A DNA stretch of 64,000 nucleotides from positions 1-64,000 of IMG/VR virus record IMGVR_UViG_3300030207_004217; one strand, written 5' to 3'. Below the pieces are notes generated by a model. That model searched no databases. It saw only the letters and a program-made list of their open reading frames with translations, and was not told where the DNA came from. This document shows positions 38,497 to 47,591 of this stretch, in pieces. A program made the translations under genes and the position numbers. Position 1 is the stretch's first letter; every line of letters starts with the position of its first letter. This DNA comes from a virus. Lineage: Duplodnaviria > Caudoviricetes.

Positions 38497-38867
38497 TTTT
38501 GAGATGCCCCTTTTTCAACTCTATATGAGTCTTCATTGAAGTGTTGTGTGCTAACTTCAAAAACACTAGAATCCTCCAAGGCTGTTAACTTATGAGGAAT
38601 GCAGGGTTGTAAATGGACAACATCACCCTCCTCGATAATCCTTGCGATACGTTCTGCTTTTTCTAGGTCAAAGTATTCTAAACTTAGCTTGCCCTTAGTT
38701 ACACACCAAGTCTCTTCCTTAAGAATATGGTAGTGCATAGAAAAAGAAGATCCCTCGTTAAATCGAAGGATCTTCCCGCAATACTTTTCGTTGTTAGTTA
38801 TCCAAAGCTCATCACCCCAACCTTTTGGGTGAGCTTCTAATCGAGAAAAAATAGGCCCAATACTCAT
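38493..38867 (-). CDS. Cupin sugar-isomerase-like protein
   Basis: PKGWG.E, SMHYH..KEETW, PHKL, EVST.H..EDSYR; leaderless promoter at 38875-38902. Confidence 0.8.
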   Translation of the reverse strand: MSIGPIFSRLEAHPKGWGDELWITNNEKYCGKILRFNEGSSFSMHYHILKEETWCVTKGKLSLEYFDLEKAERIARIIEEGDVVHLQPCIPHKLTALEDSSVFEVSTQHFNEDSYRVEKGASQK

Positions 38868-38909
38868 CTAGAGTATTATAGCCTATTATAAAGAATATTC
38901 AAGGAATAA

Positions 38910-39101
38910 TTAATCTTCCCCTTTGTCTTTGCTTTTACCGATATTTAAAGCTGCCCAATCAATGAGCGCATAAATTTTTGCCCAAAAAGTTCCTTTTTTG
39001 GGAGTTGGTGTCGCTGCGGTAATAGCAGAGGCAAGGGCAACAGCAGAAGCTACTACACCCCACCAAGGGTTATCCTGAATCAATTGAATAATTGTGTCCA
39101 T
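38910..39101 (-). CDS. Small membrane protein (holin-like)
   Basis: Hydrophobic helix, ITAATPTP, ALNIGK and basic tail. Confidence 0.6.
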   Translation of the reverse strand: MDTIIQLIQDNPWWGVVASAVALASAITAATPTPKKGTFWAKIYALIDWAALNIGKSKDKGED

Positions 39102-39156
39102 AATAAATTATATTTATATATTCTATATTACACCACCTAAAATTTAACGGGAATAA

Positions 39157-40071
39157 TTATATTTTTTTATAAGAATATGTTACTCCGACATCATATTCCC
39201 TGTCATTGTAGTATTGACAGCCATAATCTATCCATCTTTCAAAATCAGAAGCTCCAAACATCCAAGTATTTGATGGGATAAAGGATTTAAGCTCCTCATA
39301 TCGAGATGTTTCATGATTGATCATTTGGCTGCATAAAATAATTTTTTTGTTTACTCTCGGATAACAATTCGCCAAATGAGAAGGGCCACTATTTGGCCCT
39401 ATAAAAATAAAACTTTGAGCAATTAATTGAGCGGAATCCCAAATGTCTAATCCTCTTTTATCTAGAAATGGAGTATCATTATCCTTTTCCGCTCCAATTT
39501 GTATAATATTAAAATCTTTGTAATTTTCTGCTATTGTATTAATAATGTCATCAGAAATAAATTGATCAGGAGTGCTGTTGCTTGGCCCAACATGGACAAC
39601 AACCTGATTAGGTATCATTTTCTCATTTTCATACTTATAAAGCCTTTGATTTCTAGAAACTTTCAAATCATTTTTTTGATCAATACTAATTCCTATTAAA
39701 GCTGAGATAGAGTCAAACTTTGACCTAAAGCAATGTTTGCCTTCTGATTGTGGTGTATGAACATGTAATTGTATAAAGACAATGCCGTCAATTATTTCTG
39801 CATTCTTTGGAATTTGAAAAAATTTAGGCCAATCTTCAATTTTACAATATATAGATGGGATAGGTTCTTTTAGTTTTGATTCTATTTTAGATACTATATT
39901 CGGTATCTCTTGCTCTCTCAAAACATATGGATTATTATCAAACGCCCAGCATTTTCTGACATCTGTTAGTTTTAAATTAAAAAATTTATAGAAAATTTCA
40001 GGTAATGTCGTCCACTGAATACAATCTCCTAGTCCCCAGCTATTACCTACGTCTAAAATTATTTTACTCAT
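39157..40071 (-). CDS. GT9-like (heptosyltransferase-type) glycosyltransferase
   Basis: GLGDCIQ.T.LP, IIQIG, FIGPNSGPSHLA. Confidence 0.7.
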   Translation of the reverse strand: MSKIILDVGNSWGLGDCIQWTTLPEIFYKFFNLKLTDVRKCWAFDNNPYVLREQEIPNIVSKIESKLKEPIPSIYCKIEDWPKFFQIPKNAEIIDGIVFIQLHVHTPQSEGKHCFRSKFDSISALIGISIDQKNDLKVSRNQRLYKYENEKMIPNQVVVHVGPSNSTPDQFISDDIINTIAENYKDFNIIQIGAEKDNDTPFLDKRGLDIWDSAQLIAQSFIFIGPNSGPSHLANCYPRVNKKIILCSQMINHETSRYEELKSFIPSNTWMFGASDFERWIDYGCQYYNDREYDVGVTYSYKKI

Positions 40072-40361
40072 GATAGGTTGATGGTGACAGGGGCAATTTC
40101 TTCTAGTTCCTCACAAATCCTATCAATCTCCAACTTATCCATTTTCCTAGCTCTATTTCTTAGTTTAGAAACTTCCCACTCAAATTTGCAAAACTCCTCA
40201 TCTTGATCAATATTGCATCTTTCTTTACTATCAAAAATAAATGTATCAAAAACCTCGTATCTTAGAGGGTCAATACATTTTTCAATAGGGTCAAATGTAG
40301 AATTACCCACAACATAATCAAAGATGTCATACCTGTTAACCTTAATTTTAGTTTTTTCCAT
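40068..40361 (-). CDS. Hypothetical protein
   Basis: TATAAT 6 nt upstream of the ATG. Confidence 0.65.
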   Translation of the reverse strand: MEKTKIKVNRYDIFDYVVGNSTFDPIEKCIDPLRYEVFDTFIFDSKERCNIDQDEEFCKFEWEVSKLRNRARKMDKLEIDRICEELEEIAPVTINLS

Positions 40362-40392
40362 CCAACTATTATAATCGGATAAAATGAAAAAT

Positions 40393-41013
40393 CTAAAGAA
40401 TTCTAATTCTACTTCTAATTTTTGAAACGTGCCTTTTTTTCTCTAAAACAGAACCACCTTCTCTGCTCCCAGCCCCATTTGTATTACCTTCAATCGTAAC
40501 TACATAACCACTTGAGTCTGCGTCTTTTACAGCTAATCCAATATGTGAAAAAGTGAATACTACAATATCACCTGCTTTAATATCTTCGTTTGTAGGTTTG
40601 CGAAGCTCGACCCCGTTTGTGCTTTGTTGTTTGGCCCAGTTTTCAAAGTCCCAAGCCCCAGCAGTTCTGGGTCTCTTGAATTTTACATCTTCTCCCTCTA
40701 TAGCTTCTCTCACAAGCCAACAGATAAAAGCAGCACACCAAGGCCAACCTTTGTCTGCGTCTAGCCATGTGGCAGCTTTGTATTCATCTACTCTTGGCCC
40801 ACAATTGCTACCATCAACTTCGGAAACTCCTATTTCTTCCCTAGCTAAAGAAACCATTTTTTCTGCTACACTACCACCAGAGGCAATAGGGCTTTTTGTA
40901 GACATTTTGGCTAAAATAGCATTCCAAGTAACGGGTCCATCAGCACCATCAGCAGAAACTCCGAGAAGCTTCTGCACCGCCTTTACTACTTCTTTTTTGC
41001 CTTTAAAATTCAT
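40393..41013 (-). CDS. Endolysin: peptidoglycan-binding domain plus CHAP amidase
   Basis: VQKLLGVSADG.DGPVT binding motif; PWCAAFICW, SHIGL, TIEGNT catalytic motifs. Confidence 0.88.
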   Translation of the reverse strand: MNFKGKKEVVKAVQKLLGVSADGADGPVTWNAILAKMSTKSPIASGGSVAEKMVSLAREEIGVSEVDGSNCGPRVDEYKAATWLDADKGWPWCAAFICWLVREAIEGEDVKFKRPRTAGAWDFENWAKQQSTNGVELRKPTNEDIKAGDIVVFTFSHIGLAVKDADSSGYVVTIEGNTNGAGSREGGSVLEKKRHVSKIRSRIRIL

Positions 41014-41618
41014 TACGAACACCTTCTACTAAAACTAGCACATACAGACATCACAATACATAGAACAACTGTTAGTATCATAAAGTTTTTGTAGTCAGTT
41101 ATTTTTTCATTTAAAATCGCAGCTTGTTCCTCATTGTAATACATTTTTGTATCCATGATGTTGTTAATGGCTTCTATTGTTGGGTCAGTCATCTCATACA
41201 TCGTAGGAACTGATGCTTTAATCAATTGAACATTATTTGTATTACCCCATTCAATTAATTGATTAACATAAAGATTTATTTTCTTTTCTTGTTCGAACAC
41301 AAAATCTGCATACTCAACCTCTTTTGGGGTTATATCCTTCTTATAACCTTCTAAATATTCATCCTTATATACCCTCTCCTCTTCTAAGGTCTCTACCATT
41401 TCTGCTGGAGTTATGACTCCATGAGAGGTTTTTACGACCGAATCTACAATGATGACCCCATACCAATCAAAGCACATGCCAATCTCCATAATGGAAGACT
41501 CTGATTGTCGAGCATTCTCTTTTAGTGTGTTTTGAATGTTTTCAGTAAGGAAAAGACCCTTGAAACCAAAAGCTAGACAAATAGCAGATAAACAATAAAC
41601 AATAAATTTAGGTCTCAT
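41013..41618 (-). CDS. Two-TM protein with a helical periplasmic domain
   Basis: N- and C-terminal TM segments flanking a ~150-aa helical region; lies between holin and endolysin. Confidence 0.65.
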   Translation of the reverse strand: MRPKFIVYCLSAICLAFGFKGLFLTENIQNTLKENARQSESSIMEIGMCFDWYGVIIVDSVVKTSHGVITPAEMVETLEEERVYKDEYLEGYKKDITPKEVEYADFVFEQEKKINLYVNQLIEWGNTNNVQLIKASVPTMYEMTDPTIEAINNIMDTKMYYNEEQAAILNEKITDYKNFMILTVVLCIVMSVCASFSRRCS

Positions 41619-41932
41619 TTTTTAATAAAATTTTCTGGGTTCTTGGCGAATTTTTCACCTAGCCTTACTATACCACTAATAACCTCTGGACTTATTACAC
41701 CAATAATACCGTAAGTGATTGCCTTAGTTAAGGATGATACATCTGTTTGTTCTAATACAAACCAAGCTATGCCAGCAGCGAGGGCTGCTGTAATTACCCT
41801 TTTAAACTGTTGTTTAAGTGTTAATCCATTATTACCTGATAAGAGCCTAGCAAACATCGCAGCAGCACCTACAAGCGGGACTAACCAGCCTCCATTGAGG
41901 AATTCTTTGATTAAAGACTTTTCAGGTTCCAT
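41615..41932 (-). CDS. Putative holin
   Basis: 105 aa, about 3 TM segments, charged C-terminus, upstream of the endolysin. Confidence 0.6.
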   Translation of the reverse strand: MEPEKSLIKEFLNGGWLVPLVGAAAMFARLLSGNNGLTLKQQFKRVITAALAAGIAWFVLEQTDVSSLTKAITYGIIGVISPEVISGIVRLGEKFAKNPENFIKK

Positions 41933-41950
41933 GTAATTAACTTCTACACA

Positions 41951-41980
41951 AAAAAAGCCACCCGTGCAGGTGGCTTTTTT
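41951..41980. terminator. Bidirectional intrinsic terminator
   Basis: AAAAAAGCCACC-N6-GGTGGCTTTTTT. Confidence 0.88.
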
Positions 41981-42005
41981 ATTTTATAATTAAAACTAAT
42001 TTAAA

Positions 42006-42677
42006 TTAGAAGTTGTATGACAATCCTGCGCCAACAATCCACTCTTGATCTACTTCAAGAGAAGACCCGTCGAGGTCGTTATCGTTAAAGGAAACTTTTC
42101 CAACGATAGAAATATCCTCTGTCAAAACATAATTTGCTTTAACGCCAAGCTCAAGTGAATCATATTCTTCTGCAATATTTACAGTCACAAAAGGGCTTAA
42201 GGTAAGATTTTCGACAGGTGTCTTAAAGTCATATGAAGCTCCAAGCTCTACTCCGAACCAGTCGTTGTTGTCCTCATACCAAACACCAACAGAAAAATCT
42301 GCAATGTAAGTATAATCAGCAGTCAAAGATAGTTCTTCTCTGTCTCCAAAGATAGATTCGGTGTCTTTTAGAGCAGCAGTCAAGCCAATGTTTTGACCGA
42401 AAAGATCAACCCCAAGGCTGTAGCTAGCTCCAAAGTCCATCTCGCCACCGCCGTCAGTGTCGAAAAGTGATGCACTAAATGAAAGATCTCCCCCTCCCAG
42501 AGCGGTAGATAGAGCAAGAGAAGCTCCAATAGAGTCTTCCCTTGTTGCTAGACCTCTGTCAGTGCTAAAGTTTGAAATTGATGCCCCACCTTCAACGGAC
42601 AAATCCGTTGCTACAGTGGTAGCAGAGGCTGCGCTAATAATTGAAGCGCCCAGTAGTGTAAGAATTAGTTTCTTCAT
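42006..42677 (-). CDS. Outer-membrane beta-barrel protein (porin-like)
   Basis: Signal peptide ending ASA, alternating amphipathic strands, C-terminal GLSYNF (BAM-type signal); own promoter at 42684-42712 and terminator. Confidence 0.8.
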   Translation of the reverse strand: MKKLILTLLGASIISAASATTVATDLSVEGGASISNFSTDRGLATREDSIGASLALSTALGGGDLSFSASLFDTDGGGEMDFGASYSLGVDLFGQNIGLTAALKDTESIFGDREELSLTADYTYIADFSVGVWYEDNNDWFGVELGASYDFKTPVENLTLSPFVTVNIAEEYDSLELGVKANYVLTEDISIVGKVSFNDNDLDGSSLEVDQEWIVGAGLSYNF

Positions 42678-42720
42678 AAATCAAATATATATTACAGAAT
42701 TGTCATGGTCAAGGGAAAAT

Positions 42721-42936
42721 TTATTCCTCTTCAGGAATTTCTGCTGGTGCTTCAACAGAGTCAGCAAACTGAGGGGATGAATCAACCTCTGGAGGTGGTC
42801 CAGCCGCAGATTCTCTTACTTTCTTCGCTAAAATCACAGCGGCTTCAGCTACATTTAAACCTTGAGCCTTGACTGAAATGTCGATTAATTGAATTAATGC
42901 CTGAAGCTCATCATCTGAAAAGTCAATAGTTGTCAT
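42721..42936 (-). CDS. Hypothetical acidic protein
   Basis: ORF with a TTGATT...TATAAT promoter. Confidence 0.65.
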   Translation of the reverse strand: MTTIDFSDDELQALIQLIDISVKAQGLNVAEAAVILAKKVRESAAGPPPEVDSSPQFADSVEAPAEIPEEE

Positions 42937-42975
42937 ATATGAATTATTATAAATCTGTTTTAAAAAAAATCAACA

Positions 42976-43245
42976 TTATTTGCCGCTAGAAAAGTAAAGT
43001 TGCCTCTCTAGCCTCCTGAATCTAGCGTCAGAATGCCAAATTTCATCATTATTAGGGGTATAAATACCCTTACTTGTTTCTATTGGAATCCCTTTTGTCA
43101 AACTCAGAGTAGAAGGCTGATAAATGTTTAAAGGAGTTGTCTTCACGGATGAGTTCGTCGCGCAAGAGATCAGCACGGTCGGCATCACCGCCATTAGCCC
43201 TAATGTCTTCAAGTTCTTGAATAATTCTTTTTCTTTCTTCTTCAT
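42976..43245 (-). CDS. Putative o-spanin lipoprotein
   Basis: Lipobox-like VLISC after a hydrophobic stretch; overlaps the upstream gene in a shifted frame. Confidence 0.55.
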   Translation of the reverse strand: MKKKEKELFKNLKTLGLMAVMPTVLISCATNSSVKTTPLNIYQPSTLSLTKGIPIETSKGIYTPNNDEIWHSDARFRRLERQLYFSSGK

Positions 43246-43336
43246 GGTCTTGTTTTAATTGTAGATAGAAAGTCTTATTTTTTAAAGATAAAAATAACTC
43301 AATTGATTTTAAAACACTTTTAATTAAGGTAAGCAT
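43070..43336 (-). CDS. Putative i-spanin
   Basis: N-terminal hydrophobic helix plus coiled coil; Rz/Rz1-like overlap. Confidence 0.5.
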   Translation of the reverse strand: MLTLIKSVLKSIELFLSLKNKTFYLQLKQDHEEERKRIIQELEDIRANGGDADRADLLRDELIREDNSFKHLSAFYSEFDKRDSNRNK

Positions 43337-44162
43337 CGATATTTTGGTTTATATATTGTTCTACAGTCTGCCAATCATAATCACCTATAACCTCTAATAA
43401 TTTAGAGTTATCTGCTTTTGTAAATTTTTGATATTGACCTTTTAACTCTTTTGGCATTGGGGTCTCAGTAATAATTGCATGAGAATTTGATTTTACAATC
43501 TCTGCAACATCCCTGAATGAAGTTGTTTGCCCTGTCCCTACATTAAAAACGCCTGAAGCATCATTATCTAGCATTCTATAATGTATTTCGCAAACATCAT
43601 CAATAGAAACAAAATCTCTTTTATATTTTTCGCTTTTCTCAAATATTTTTATTTCGCCATTTCTTTGAGCTTGTTTGATAAATTTAGACACAGGGCTAGC
43701 TTGTTTCCCTTTTTTGTCTTCTCCTAAGCCATAAACATTAAAGTATCTAAATCCTTGGTATGGATAATTTTGATGAATTAGCCAACAATCGAACATGTAT
43801 TTACTAAAAGCATATGGGCTAAGAGGTTTGCAAAAATCACTCTCCTTAAAACTTTTTGATGTCCCATAAACAGATGCGCTACTAGCATATTGAAATTTTA
43901 TTTCATAAAGTTCGCACAATTCGTAAAGCATTACTGAATATTCGAAATTCTGCTCTAGAATTTTTTCAAGATTAGTTTCAGTGGTATCAGAGTTACCGCC
44001 GAGGTGGATGACAATATCTTGGTTCATTACATCTGGTAAACCAGAATTACCAAGGGTTATGTCAAATTTGGTAACATCGTAGTTTCTATGAGACAAATAG
44101 GCGGCTAAATTGCCGCCTATAAATCCTCCCGCTCCTGTTATTAATACTCTATTTTGTATCAC
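43320..44162 (-). CDS. hldD: ADP-L-glycero-D-manno-heptose 6-epimerase
   Basis: ITGAGGFIG, SDTTE, YASSASVYG, PL.PY.FSK..FD, FRYFNVYG..E..KG..ASPV, RDFV, YQ.FT.AD. Confidence 0.88.
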   Translation of the reverse strand: MIQNRVLITGAGGFIGGNLAAYLSHRNYDVTKFDITLGNSGLPDVMNQDIVIHLGGNSDTTETNLEKILEQNFEYSVMLYELCELYEIKFQYASSASVYGTSKSFKESDFCKPLSPYAFSKYMFDCWLIHQNYPYQGFRYFNVYGLGEDKKGKQASPVSKFIKQAQRNGEIKIFEKSEKYKRDFVSIDDVCEIHYRMLDNDASGVFNVGTGQTTSFRDVAEIVKSNSHAIITETPMPKELKGQYQKFTKADNSKLLEVIGDYDWQTVEQYINQNIDAYLN

Positions 44163-44625
44163 TTTCTTCTTCTGGTTCTTCTTCAGAAGCTTCTGAGTCT
44201 TCAGGTTTTTGTGGATATTCCCCTTGAAGTAAACTGTCTAGAATGCAAGCCTTGATTACTGACTCATCAAAATCAGATTGATGTATTTTAAGTAAAATTT
44301 TATCAAGTTCTTCATCTCCCGTTTCTTTTTCTAACTCTGACTTTTTAAAAAAGTCAAAGTCATCAGAAACAGCAAAGGACTGCACTAATTCGACAACAAG
44401 TTCATCATTTTCAAAATGTTTATTAATAGAATAAGAAGGACTACTTAACGGAGGTTTTTCCTTCTTCTCGCCCTCTGATAACTCAATTAACTGCCCTTGT
44501 TTTTTATATTCTTTTAAACACCAAATTTTTTTGGCGTAAATAGAAGCTTCAGGGAATTTAATATCAGCATCAAAAGATAAACTTTGATATAATTTGTTGT
44601 CTAAAAACGTGACAGTGTAAGGCAT
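44149..44625 (-). CDS. Hypothetical protein
   Basis: Acidic ORF preceded by GTGTAA. Confidence 0.65.
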   Translation of the reverse strand: MPYTVTFLDNKLYQSLSFDADIKFPEASIYAKKIWCLKEYKKQGQLIELSEGEKKEKPPLSSPSYSINKHFENDELVVELVQSFAVSDDFDFFKKSELEKETGDEELDKILLKIHQSDFDESVIKACILDSLLQGEYPQKPEDSEASEEEPEEESDTK

Positions 44626-44641
44626 TTAAAGACTTTTACAC

Positions 44642-44869
44642 CTATTCTCCAGTTTTTACCCTTTGGTTTTCAGCTTTAGCCGCTTCGACTTTTGCAGTTA
44701 ATTCCTCAAAAGCGGAATTTTTCTCCTCATCAGACATTTTTTCTACATTTTCTTCGACCTCTTGGACCGCAAGATTATGCATTATATTGATAGCCTCTGC
44801 CAATGTGACGCGAGAAACCATCTCCGATGTGAGCATTGCTTTTAGATTATTTATGTTTTCTTCTGTCAT
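44642..44869 (-). CDS. Hypothetical protein
   Basis: Helical ORF in a packed block. Confidence 0.65.
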   Translation of the reverse strand: MTEENINNLKAMLTSEMVSRVTLAEAINIMHNLAVQEVEENVEKMSDEEKNSAFEELTAKVEAAKAENQRVKTGE

Positions 44870-44872
44870 GCT

Positions 44873-45085
44873 CTAGTCCTTTTCTTTACTTGCGTAAATT
44901 CTTATATCGGGCTGATTTGACCCTTTTTCTTTGAAAGAGTTTGGAAAACAGACAATTTTCACATCATTACCCTCTGAATCCTTGATAGATCCACTGTAGT
45001 AAGACTGTTTTTGACCGTCAACTCTCCAAAGCGCTCCTAATTCACGCTTCTTCCATTCATCGTTTTGTTTAGTGTTTTCACTCAT
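44873..45085 (-). CDS. DUF736-like small protein
   Basis: ELGALW...YYSG.I...IVCFPN..K...NQPD.RIY. Confidence 0.6.
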   Translation of the reverse strand: MSENTKQNDEWKKRELGALWRVDGQKQSYYSGSIKDSEGNDVKIVCFPNSFKEKGSNQPDIRIYASKEKD

Positions 45086-45087
45086 AA

Positions 45088-45252
45088 TTATTTATTGTTA
45101 AATCTACCTTCGACGCTTTTCCAAAATTCTTCTGCGCCCACAGCAAGATATCTCCCCTTCAGGTGTTTGTAAAGTTTTTTTTGAATGTGATTGGCATTTT
45201 TTTTATCGTATCCAATAAGTTGACGAATTTTCTTAGCGGCAGATCCACTCAT
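45088..45252 (-). CDS. Small basic protein (54 aa, not in the ORF track)
   Basis: MSGSAAKKIRQLIGYD...; ATGA overlap with the Clp gene. Confidence 0.55.
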   Translation of the reverse strand: MSGSAAKKIRQLIGYDKKNANHIQKKLYKHLKGRYLAVGAEEFWKSVEGRFNNK

Positions 45253-47591
45253 GCTTTATGATCAACCTTACTGACGTTTTTTTCAATAAAAAGTTTGATA
45301 TTCTTTTCTCCTTTTAAAACACTATCAGAAACAAAGGGGGTTATCTCTGATAATATCTTTTTAGATAAGGCTTCTACTTTTATTTTTTCCTTAAGAATAC
45401 TTTTAATTGTTTGATTAATATATTTAAAATCGAAAGTTAAATCAATATCATTGTCCTTTAACCTATTTTTTAATCTTTTTAATTTCATCCATAAAAGTCT
45501 CCTCAAGCCCTTCTCGTCAATCTCTTTAAGTGGAAAGCACTCGTCAACAAGTGAGAGTATGTCTGGGTGAATCATTAGGTTATCTCTGTCCGAAACTGCT
45601 CCCTGAAATCCCATAGCAGACTGGCTATTAGATATATCGCTTGTCAGGAATATTTTACAGTTTGTGAAATCTGCCATATCTCCGTTGCTCATCTGAAACT
45701 TACCATGCTTAAATATTTGATTGAAAAGCGGAATTGCAGAATTATCAACTTTGTGGAAATCATCTATGATGATCACGCTATTTGGAGATATTAGAACTTT
45801 TTCGCATATAGATGTATTGTTGCCCTGAGATGTCGCTATCTTATGTGGAGCAAAGGTATCTGCAAAGTGAACACCACTATAGGAGAGAACACTGACTCCA
45901 TGTTTTTGCAAAGTATCTTTAAACAAGTCTAAAAAGTAAGATTTACCACTGAATCTTGAGCCACTTATAACATAGCACTCTGGAGCAGAGAAATTGTCAG
46001 TCTTTTTTATACCCAAGCTAGATAAAATAATTTTATCTTTTAGTTTCTGCAAAAGCTCATCTTGACCTACAAGGGATTTGCTGACACAAGAAAAAACTTT
46101 CTCGACCATCTCTTGATCGTTTAAAGGGTTTGTCTTCTTTTTAAAGAAGTCTTTTAAATGGCATAGTTTTACCTCTGGAATTAAATCTGAAACACCTTCT
46201 GTCCATTTTTCTAGGCTTTCGTTTAATTTTTCTAAAAGTTTTGTGTGGTCTTTTTCAGGGTCTAGAGCCGCAGCCATTGTCTCTTCTTGCTGGCTTTTTA
46301 TTGATGGCGTAACGTGCCAGAAATTTACTTTAGCCTGTGCTCCGCAGTGATCAATGATATCAATAGCTTTATCTGGGTAGAATTTATTAGGGATGTATTT
46401 TTCGCAGTAATCAATTATGTTTTCTAGAAACTCATCAGTATATGTAATGGTATGAAAGTTTTCATAATAAGAAATTATTGTGGGTAAAATTTCTTCCATC
46501 TGAAATCTAGATGGCTCTCTAATTATAACGCGCTCAAACCTGCGATCTAAGGCGGTGTCTTTTTTAATTGTGTTTGTATATTCGTTAATCGTTGTGGCTC
46601 CTATACAACTTATTGTTCCTCTGGCAAGCTCTGGCTTAAGAATGTTAGAGGCTTCTAGAGAGTTGTTTGTTGCCCCTCCTGCACCAATTAAAGTATGAAC
46701 CTCATCAATAAACAAAATTAAGTTACTATATTTTTTTGCTTCATTAACAAAGTCTTCTAGTCTTTTCTCAAACTGACCTCTGTATTCTGTCCCAGCAACC
46801 ATGCTAGATAAACTCACAGAATAAATCACCTTGTTAGCTATAAGCTCAGGTGCGTCTCCAGCAACAATTTTACAAGCTAAACCCTCCACCAAGGAAGTTT
46901 TACCTGTTCCTGCTGGTCCAACAAGAAGCGCGTTAGGTTTTTTCTTTCTGCAAAGAATTGTAGCTACTTCATCAATTTTACCGTCGAAATCAACTATCTT
47001 GTCGAACTCGTTGTTTAACGCTTTTAAATTTAAGTTTTCTGCAAACTGAGAGAGTATCTCATTCTTGTCGAACATGTCGATCCAGTCTTCAGGGGTATCC
47101 ACTCTCATTGAAGTAGTTACTCGATCTGGGTCAAAGTCTTTAACGACTAAAGAGCACTCTGTAACAAATCCTAGAAATACTTCATCCGAAGATTGATCTC
47201 CTTTTGGGAAAAGGTTTTTTACAACTTTAGGGGAATGCTCATCATCAAAGAAAACCATTAAGATCACCTCTGGGGGTATGTAATCTAGGTTAAAGTTTTC
47301 TATAGAAAATTTCTCAGCCTCTTTTAAAAGTTTTCTAACATCTGTTTTTAGAATCTTTTTTGCGTATTTGTTCTTACGCTTTTTACTTAAAACAGTCCTA
47401 GACTCTTTTAATAAGTCCTTGGGGTCTACATTTACTTTTTTAAATATAGATGAGCAAGACTGACTTAAGTCACTTAAAAAGCAGTGAAAAAATAGATCTA
47501 CATCTGCCCCGTTTCTGTATAGAATATTAGAGAGTTCTTTTGTTTTTTCTATGACTCCCTCAATATGCGGTGTTAAAGGTAATTTAGGCAC
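45249..47591 (-). CDS. ClpA/ClpB/ClpC-family AAA+ chaperone
   Basis: Clp N-domain, GPAGTGKT, FIDEVH, LKPELARG, IGATT, ALDRRF, PDKAID; second AAA module divergent. Confidence 0.9.
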   Translation of the reverse strand: MPKLPLTPHIEGVIEKTKELSNILYRNGADVDLFFHCFLSDLSQSCSSIFKKVNVDPKDLLKESRTVLSKKRKNKYAKKILKTDVRKLLKEAEKFSIENFNLDYIPPEVILMVFFDDEHSPKVVKNLFPKGDQSSDEVFLGFVTECSLVVKDFDPDRVTTSMRVDTPEDWIDMFDKNEILSQFAENLNLKALNNEFDKIVDFDGKIDEVATILCRKKKPNALLVGPAGTGKTSLVEGLACKIVAGDAPELIANKVIYSVSLSSMVAGTEYRGQFEKRLEDFVNEAKKYSNLILFIDEVHTLIGAGGATNNSLEASNILKPELARGTISCIGATTINEYTNTIKKDTALDRRFERVIIREPSRFQMEEILPTIISYYENFHTITYTDEFLENIIDYCEKYIPNKFYPDKAIDIIDHCGAQAKVNFWHVTPSIKSQQEETMAAALDPEKDHTKLLEKLNESLEKWTEGVSDLIPEVKLCHLKDFFKKKTNPLNDQEMVEKVFSCVSKSLVGQDELLQKLKDKIILSSLGIKKTDNFSAPECYVISGSRFSGKSYFLDLFKDTLQKHGVSVLSYSGVHFADTFAPHKIATSQGNNTSICEKVLISPNSVIIIDDFHKVDNSAIPLFNQIFKHGKFQMSNGDMADFTNCKIFLTSDISNSQSAMGFQGAVSDRDNLMIHPDILSLVDECFPLKEIDEKGLRRLLWMKLKRLKNRLKDNDIDLTFDFKYINQTIKSILKEKIKVEALSKKILSEITPFVSDSVLKGEKNIKLFIEKNVSKVDHKA

